Source: Planctomycetota bacterium (GTDB lineage: Bacteria; Planctomycetota; PLA2; JAEUHO01). Taken from it: a stretch of DNA of 64,000 bases. The DNA is taken from positions 32,001-96,000 of the forward strand of contig CBDCTJ010000001.1 of NCBI GenBank assembly GCA_965222115.1. Direction: 5' to 3'. The notes beneath the pieces were generated by a model that was not told the origin of the DNA, ran no database searches, and saw nothing but the letters and a program-made list of their open reading frames with translations. A program made the translations under genes and the position numbers. This document shows positions 57,162 through 64,000 of the stretch, in pieces; positions within the stretch are counted from its first letter, which is position 1; the number at the start of each line of letters is the position of its first letter.

Positions 57162-58000
57162 GTTGTTCGGCGATGACAATCAAGCCGATGGCACACGTGT
57201 TGGGTGCGGGCATGGACATGCAGTCCATTCTCGACCATGTGCTTCCGCACAAGTTGTTTGAGATCGGGAACTACACGTTCACCAACCATATGTTCATGTT
57301 GGTGCTGTCGGCCCTGTTGCTGATGATCATTGTGCCGATCGCGGCCTCAAAGACGGGCTTGGTACCCAAGGGGTTTCGCAACTGCCTCGAAGCCGTGATG
57401 CAGTACATTCGCGAAGACATTGCGCGTCCACTCCTTGGTAGCGTCACCGATCGCTGCATGCCGTTTCTTTGGACGCTCTTCTTCCTGATTCTCACTGCCA
57501 ACCTACTGGGAATGATTCCCCTTAGTGCCGCGGCGGCCGGCATCGACGCCCACTTGCAGCATTTGGGCGGCACCGCCACCGGCAACATCAGCATTACGCT
57601 AGGCCTCGCGCTATGCGCGTTCTTTTACGTGCACATTACGGGCATGCGCGTACAGGGCGTGGGCAAGTACTGGAATAATTTCTTCTTTGGTCACGCCCCT
57701 ATATGGATGGCACCTCTCATGATTCCGCTCGAGATTGTGGGCGCACTGGTCAAGCCGTTCGCGCTCTGCGTTCGTCTCTTTGCGAACATGACGGCCGGGC
57801 ACATCGTGTTGGCCATCTTCCTCGGTTTCGCCGTCGTGGGCATCAAAATGGGCGGCGCCATGCTCGGCGTCACGCTCGCTTCGGCCCTTGGCGCACTTGC
57901 CATTTCATTGTTGGAGCTGTTCGTCGCATTCCTGCAGGCCTACATCTTCACATTCCTGACAGCACTTTTCCTGGGAGCCGCCGTTCATAGCGACCACTAA
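57158..58000 (+). CDS. atpB: F0 ATP synthase subunit a
   Basis: NLLGMIP, RLFANMTAGH (essential Arg), LQAYIF. Confidence 0.96.
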   Translation: MSCSAMTIKPMAHVLGAGMDMQSILDHVLPHKLFEIGNYTFTNHMFMLVLSALLLMIIVPIAASKTGLVPKGFRNCLEAVMQYIREDIARPLLGSVTDRCMPFLWTLFFLILTANLLGMIPLSAAAAGIDAHLQHLGGTATGNISITLGLALCAFFYVHITGMRVQGVGKYWNNFFFGHAPIWMAPLMIPLEIVGALVKPFALCVRLFANMTAGHIVLAIFLGFAVVGIKMGGAMLGVTLASALGALAISLLELFVAFLQAYIFTFLTALFLGAAVHSDH

Positions 58001-58124
58001 GAACACGACCCCACCCCTTGTTTTCGCTTGGGAAGCGATTTCGTTTCACCAACCAAGCAATCACCACAGAAACCGTGCCGCGTGGCGTCCGCTACACGGC
58101 CCCGACCATGGAGGAGACCCAATC

Positions 58125-58385
58125 ATGGGCCTCGACATTACCTTTCTCCCGCTTGCTGAAATGCTCTTCGACTTGACCAAGTTCGGCGCCTTCATTGGTG
58201 CGGGCCTCATCACGATTGGCGCTGCCAAAGGCATTAGCGCCATTGGTGCCAAGGCCGTGGAATCGATCGCACGTCAGCCCGAAGCGGGCGGCAAGATCCA
58301 GACGGCGATGATCATTTCAGCAGCGCTCATTGAGGGATTCACCTTCTTCGCGCTCATCATCTGCTTCTTGAAGGCCGGCGCGTAA
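58125..58385 (+). CDS. atpE: F0 ATP synthase subunit c
   Basis: ARQPE loop, essential Glu in LIEG; GGAGG RBS. Confidence 0.96.
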   Translation: MGLDITFLPLAEMLFDLTKFGAFIGAGLITIGAAKGISAIGAKAVESIARQPEAGGKIQTAMIISAALIEGFTFFALIICFLKAGA

Positions 58386-58517
58386 CAGCGTTCGTTCTTC
58401 GAGAAGCGTTCGTTGCGCCAACGCCCGCACGCCCGTCTCTTGAGGGGCATCGGAATCTTTGGTGCTACGTATGCGCAACCTTCGTGTTCTTTCCGCAATG
58501 GGTTTCGGAGTGAAACC

Positions 58518-59138
58518 ATGGTTATGAGTCGTGTGCTGCGAAGCAGTCTCGCACTGTTCTGCGTGCTTGTGGGGCTGGCGGTTCTATCGGCGGCCCCCTG
58601 TATGGCTGCGGACACTGGCGGTGACGCGGGTGGCAAGTTGTTGGACGTTGACTGGAAGGCCATGCTCACCACGGTGGCGGTCTTTGCCCTTCTGTTGTTC
58701 GTCTTGAGCAAGACGGCGTGGAAGCCCATCCTCAATGGGCTGAAGCAACGTGAAGAGACGATTCAGAAAGCGCTAGACGACGCCAAAGAGGCCAACGAGA
58801 AGGCGCGCCAGTTGATCACGGACTACGAGCAAAAACTCGAGACCGCGAAAGACGAGGCTGCAGCAATCGCCGATGAGGCCCGTCGTGACGCTCAGACGAT
58901 TCGATCGCAAATCGAAGAGGATGGGCGCAAGACGGCAGCCGAAACGGTAGCGCGCGCCAAGGTGGAGATCGAACAGATCGCTGCCAAGGCCCGCGAGTCG
59001 GTGGTCAACGAGGCAGCGGGTCTCGCCACGGCTGCGGCTGCAAAGATCGTTAAGGGTCGCCTGAGCGACGACGATCACGCCGCGCTCGTGAGTGATGTCG
59101 TGGCCGACTTTGCCGCCAAGCACCGGAAGGACGCCTAG
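58518..59138 (+). CDS. atpF: F0 ATP synthase subunit b
   Basis: TM followed by AWKPILNGLKQREETI coiled coil; operon position. Confidence 0.92.
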   Translation: MVMSRVLRSSLALFCVLVGLAVLSAAPCMAADTGGDAGGKLLDVDWKAMLTTVAVFALLLFVLSKTAWKPILNGLKQREETIQKALDDAKEANEKARQLITDYEQKLETAKDEAAAIADEARRDAQTIRSQIEEDGRKTAAETVARAKVEIEQIAAKARESVVNEAAGLATAAAAKIVKGRLSDDDHAALVSDVVADFAAKHRKDA

Positions 59139-59755
59139 TGTCTAACCACGCAACCAACGAGGCGTCGGGAAGCGAACATCTCTTCGCCGACCCGGGCGGT
59201 GTGGTCTATGCGCGGGCGCTCTTCGAAGCGGTCGATGCCGCGAACGGCACCGAGGGGCTCAAGCATTCGTGCGAGATCCTCGAGTCGATGCGCGCCGCGT
59301 GGGACAAGGACCGCACGTTTCGTGCGTTCTTCATGGCGGCTGAGGTGCGCGACGGGCAAAAGCTCGAAGCGCTCAACAAGATTGTGTCCGAGCGCTTTCC
59401 CAAGCTCACGGCCAACTTCTTGCGCCTCCTGCTACGTCGCGAACGCTTGCACCTGTTGCCCGACATTGCCGTGTCGTTTCGCGCGTTGCTCGACGAGCGA
59501 GTGGGTCGCACGCCGGTCACACTCACCACCGCGGTGCCCGTGCCGGAAGATCAATTCTTGGCCTGGGAAGCACAGATCCGCGACACCCTTGGCGGGGAAC
59601 CCGACATTGAACACATTGTCGATCCCAGCATTCTCGCCGGCGCGATATTGCGCGTAGGCGATTCCGTCACCGACGGCAGCGCCCGTCGCCAACTCAACGA
59701 CCTTCGTAAGCGAATCATCGAAAGAGGAACGAGTCCCCATGCGGTTCAATCCTGA
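59138..59755 (+). CDS. atpH: F1 ATP synthase subunit delta
   Basis: [27 protein letters not shown]. Confidence 0.92.
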   Translation: MSNHATNEASGSEHLFADPGGVVYARALFEAVDAANGTEGLKHSCEILESMRAAWDKDRTFRAFFMAAEVRDGQKLEALNKIVSERFPKLTANFLRLLLRRERLHLLPDIAVSFRALLDERVGRTPVTLTTAVPVPEDQFLAWEAQIRDTLGGEPDIEHIVDPSILAGAILRVGDSVTDGSARRQLNDLRKRIIERGTSPHAVQS

Positions 59756-61277
59756 AGAAATCACCTCCGTCATCCGCAAAGAACTCGAAGAGTTCGATGC
59801 CCACGTAGATGTCGCCGAAGTCGGCACTGTCTTGGAAGTGGGTGACGGTATCGCCCGCATCTATGGCCTGGAGCGCGCGGGCGCGGGTGAAATGCTCGAA
59901 TTCGAAAACGGTGCGCGGGCCCAGGTCTTCAACCTGGAAGAGGGCTCGATTGGTGCCGTCGTATTCGGCGATGACCAAGACCTCAAGGAGGGCATGACGG
60001 TACGTCGTACGGGCAAATTGCTCGATATGCCCGTGGGCGAGGCCATGATTGGTCGTGTGGTCAACGCGCTGGGCGAGCCGCTCGACGGCAAGGGCCCCAT
60101 CAATACCACCGCCCGTCGTGAGATGGAGTTGATTGCGCCCGGCATCGCCGATCGCCAACCTGTAAAGCAGCCGCTGCAAACAGGTATCAAGGCCATCGAC
60201 GCCATGACGCCCATCGGTCGCGGTCAGCGTGAGTTGATCATTGGCGACCGTAAGACTGGCAAGACGGCCATCGCCGTAGACACCATCATCAATCAGAAGT
60301 CAGAAGATGTGACGTGTGTCTATGTGGCCGTGGGTCAGAAGGACTCCACCATTGCCGGCGTGGTTGCCGACCTCGAAGCCGCAGGTGCCATGGACTACAC
60401 CACCGTCGTTGTGGCTGGTGCCAGCGACCCGGCGCCCATGCAATACATCGCGCCGTATGCCGGTTGCGCCATCGCTGAAGAGCAGATGTACAAGCACGGT
60501 AAGCACACGCTTGTGGTGTATGACGACTTGAGCAAGCAGGCCGTTGCCTACCGCCAGTTGTCACTCCTACTTCGTCGTCCTCCGGGTCGTGAAGCCTATC
60601 CCGGCGACGTCTTCTACTTGCACAGCCGCTTGCTTGAGCGCGCCGTGAAGTTGAGCGACGACCTCGGTGGCGGCTCATTGACGGCGCTGCCCATCATCGA
60701 AACGCAGGAAGGTGAGGTCTCGGCCTACATCCCCACCAACGTGATTTCGATTACCGATGGTCAGATCTACTTGCAGCCCGACTTGTTCCGCGCCAATGTG
60801 CGACCCGCCGTCGACGTGGGTATCTCGGTTTCGCGTGTGGGTGGCTCGGCGCAGGTAAAGGCCATGAAGCACAAAAAGGTGGCGGGTGGTTTGCGACTCA
60901 ACCTCGCCGCCTTCCGTGAGCTCGAGGCCTTCGCGCAGTTGGGTACCGATCTCGACGCCACCACACAGGCACAGCTCGACCGCGGGTTCCGCATGGTTGA
61001 GATCTTGAAGCAGCCGCAATACAAACCGCTGGATGTGATGGACCAGGTCATCATCATTTATGCCGGTGCCAATGGCTTCCTCGATAATGTGGAGTTGAAA
61101 GACGTGGCCCGTTACGAGCAAGAAGTCCACGCCTACTTCCGCGACAACCACGCTGAGTTCCGCAACAAACTCGACGAGGAAAAGAGCCTCGACGAAGACA
61201 CCGAAACCGAGCTCAAGCGCGTCTTGGGTCTATTCACCGACGCGTTCGTGAAGGGCACGAGTCCCGATCCGCGTTAG
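59739..61277 (+). CDS. atpA: F1 ATP synthase subunit alpha
   Basis: [44 protein letters not shown]. Confidence 0.98.
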   Translation: MRFNPEEITSVIRKELEEFDAHVDVAEVGTVLEVGDGIARIYGLERAGAGEMLEFENGARAQVFNLEEGSIGAVVFGDDQDLKEGMTVRRTGKLLDMPVGEAMIGRVVNALGEPLDGKGPINTTARREMELIAPGIADRQPVKQPLQTGIKAIDAMTPIGRGQRELIIGDRKTGKTAIAVDTIINQKSEDVTCVYVAVGQKDSTIAGVVADLEAAGAMDYTTVVVAGASDPAPMQYIAPYAGCAIAEEQMYKHGKHTLVVYDDLSKQAVAYRQLSLLLRRPPGREAYPGDVFYLHSRLLERAVKLSDDLGGGSLTALPIIETQEGEVSAYIPTNVISITDGQIYLQPDLFRANVRPAVDVGISVSRVGGSAQVKAMKHKKVAGGLRLNLAAFRELEAFAQLGTDLDATTQAQLDRGFRMVEILKQPQYKPLDVMDQVIIIYAGANGFLDNVELKDVARYEQEVHAYFRDNHAEFRNKLDEEKSLDEDTETELKRVLGLFTDAFVKGTSPDPR

Positions 61278-61330
61278 CCGGTTTCTCACGTTCACAAGTT
61301 CACAAAGCTTTCACCTACATCTGAGGCCCT

Positions 61331-62191
61331 ATGGCAAAGCCCCGCGCCATTCTCAAGCGACGCAAAGCCGTTCAGAACATCTCCAAGATCACCAAGACGA
61401 TGCAGATGATCGCCACGGCCAAGTTCAAACGCGCCAATGACCGCGCGGTTGCCGCGCGTCCCTACACGGACAAGCTCACCACGCTCATTGGCGAGTTGTC
61501 GGCGGCGGCAGGTGACTTCCACCACCCGCTAATGGACGCCCGCGAACCCGAGCGGGTCGCCGTCCTCGTCGTTAGCAGCAATCGTGGCTTGTGCGGCGGC
61601 TACAACAGCTCCATCGCCAAGGTATTGGCGGGCACACAAGAGGCCATCAACGAGCGGGGCCTTCCGACCGAACTGCACGCGTGTGGCAAGAAGATCAAGA
61701 GCATCTTGAAGTTTCGCGGGATCGACACGGACAGCTTTCACGACCACTTTGAAGACAAGCCCACGTTTGAAGAGGTGGATGCCATCGCCTCCGAGTTTAT
61801 CGAGCGCTACATCGCGGGTGAGATCGACGAGTTGCACGTTGTGTACACCAAGTTCAAGTCGGCGGCACGCCAAACGGCCGTGTCTGAGCAGGTGCTCCCG
61901 TTGAAGCAACCCGAACAAGCCGACGGCGGGGCACCCGACTACATCTATCACCCGGACGCCACGTCGATTTTGAGCGACTTGTTGCCGCGCAGTGTGCGCC
62001 TGCACTTGTTTCAGGCGTTCCTCGATGCCGCCGTGAGTGAACAGACCGCGCGCATGGTGGCTATGAAGGCCGCCACCGACAACGCGGGCGAGATGATCAA
62101 GGATTTGACGATGCTCTACAACCGCAGTCGTCAGACCCTCATCACCACCGAACTTTCCGAAATCATCGGCGGAGCCGCGGCGCTTGAGTAA
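61331..62191 (+). CDS. atpG: F1 ATP synthase subunit gamma
   Basis: KITKTMQMIA, RGLCGGYN, SEQTARMVAM, ITTELSEI. Confidence 0.97.
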   Translation: MAKPRAILKRRKAVQNISKITKTMQMIATAKFKRANDRAVAARPYTDKLTTLIGELSAAAGDFHHPLMDAREPERVAVLVVSSNRGLCGGYNSSIAKVLAGTQEAINERGLPTELHACGKKIKSILKFRGIDTDSFHDHFEDKPTFEEVDAIASEFIERYIAGEIDELHVVYTKFKSAARQTAVSEQVLPLKQPEQADGGAPDYIYHPDATSILSDLLPRSVRLHLFQAFLDAAVSEQTARMVAMKAATDNAGEMIKDLTMLYNRSRQTLITTELSEIIGGAAALE

Positions 62192-62223
62192 GGCGCGCGA
62201 CTCTTTCGATTCACCAGTATTGA

Positions 62224-63696
<1,473 letters not shown>

Positions 63697-63700
63697 CCTC

Positions 63701-64000
63701 ATGAGCGACGGCACACTCCAAGTTTCAGTCGTTACGCCCGAGGGCGCGGCATTCGATGGTGCCGCCACCAGTGTCGTTGCGCCTGCATTTGACGGTGAGG
63801 TGGCCTTTTTCAATGGGCACGCACCATTCGTGGGCATGTTGGGCGAAGGCGAACTCCGCGTCCAACCCGCGAGCGGAGGGGCCACCGAACGCTACTTTCT
63901 CACGGGCGGCGTCGTCCAAGTGCGCGACAACGTTGTAACGATTCTTGCCGAGGCCGTTGCCGACGCCGATTCGATTGATGTCGAAGAAGCCACCAAGAAC
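63701..64000 (+). CDS. atpC: F1 ATP synthase subunit epsilon (partial, runs off the window)
   Basis: ATG 63701, MSDGTLQVSVVTPEG..GEVAFFNGHAP..GGVVQV..VTILAE. Confidence 0.93.
   Translation, partial: MSDGTLQVSVVTPEGAAFDGAATSVVAPAFDGEVAFFNGHAPFVGMLGEGELRVQPASGGATERYFLTGGVVQVRDNVVTILAEAVADADSIDVEEATKN

Noticed and set aside
58125-58385. Na+-translocating or N-type ATPase
   Set aside because: The c subunit has E-G-F-T rather than the E-S/T plus Gln Na+ signature; gene order is standard and includes delta.

Overview
GC-rich bacterial chromosomal window. The GyrA signature, gene content and many exported HEAT/hypothetical proteins suggest Planctomycetota/PVC (inference). Left to right it holds: a TetR-led three-subunit molybdo-flavoenzyme operon resembling 4-hydroxybenzoyl-CoA reductase (hcrCAB-like); exported hypothetical proteins; an M48 peptidase; a C45-like lipoprotein; gyrA; truD; an orphan ParA with a long acidic tail; two beta-rich lipoproteins; an accessory island (intact ISL3 element with 8-bp target duplication, exported HEAT-repeat protein, ~2130-aa Rhs/YD-repeat protein with a Sec-type signal, coupled small two-TM candidate immunity gene); an ECF sigma/FecR pair; pyrBI; a class-III aminotransferase; MoxR; an LPS core/ADP-heptose cluster (GT9, two GT4, kinase, adenylyltransferase-kinase fusion, gmhB, hldE, a frameshifted DHS-like gene, lipid A acyltransferase); and an F1Fo ATP synthase operon running off the right end. 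The best novelty candidates are the T6SS-independent HEAT-Rhs-immunity module, the HcrA-like enzyme with Gln at the catalytic Glu position, the DHS-like gene heading a heptose operon with no gmhA, and a family of tandem PsbP-like exported proteins. No tRNA, rRNA or CRISPR array was recognised. All family calls come from motif recognition by eye, not from database searches.
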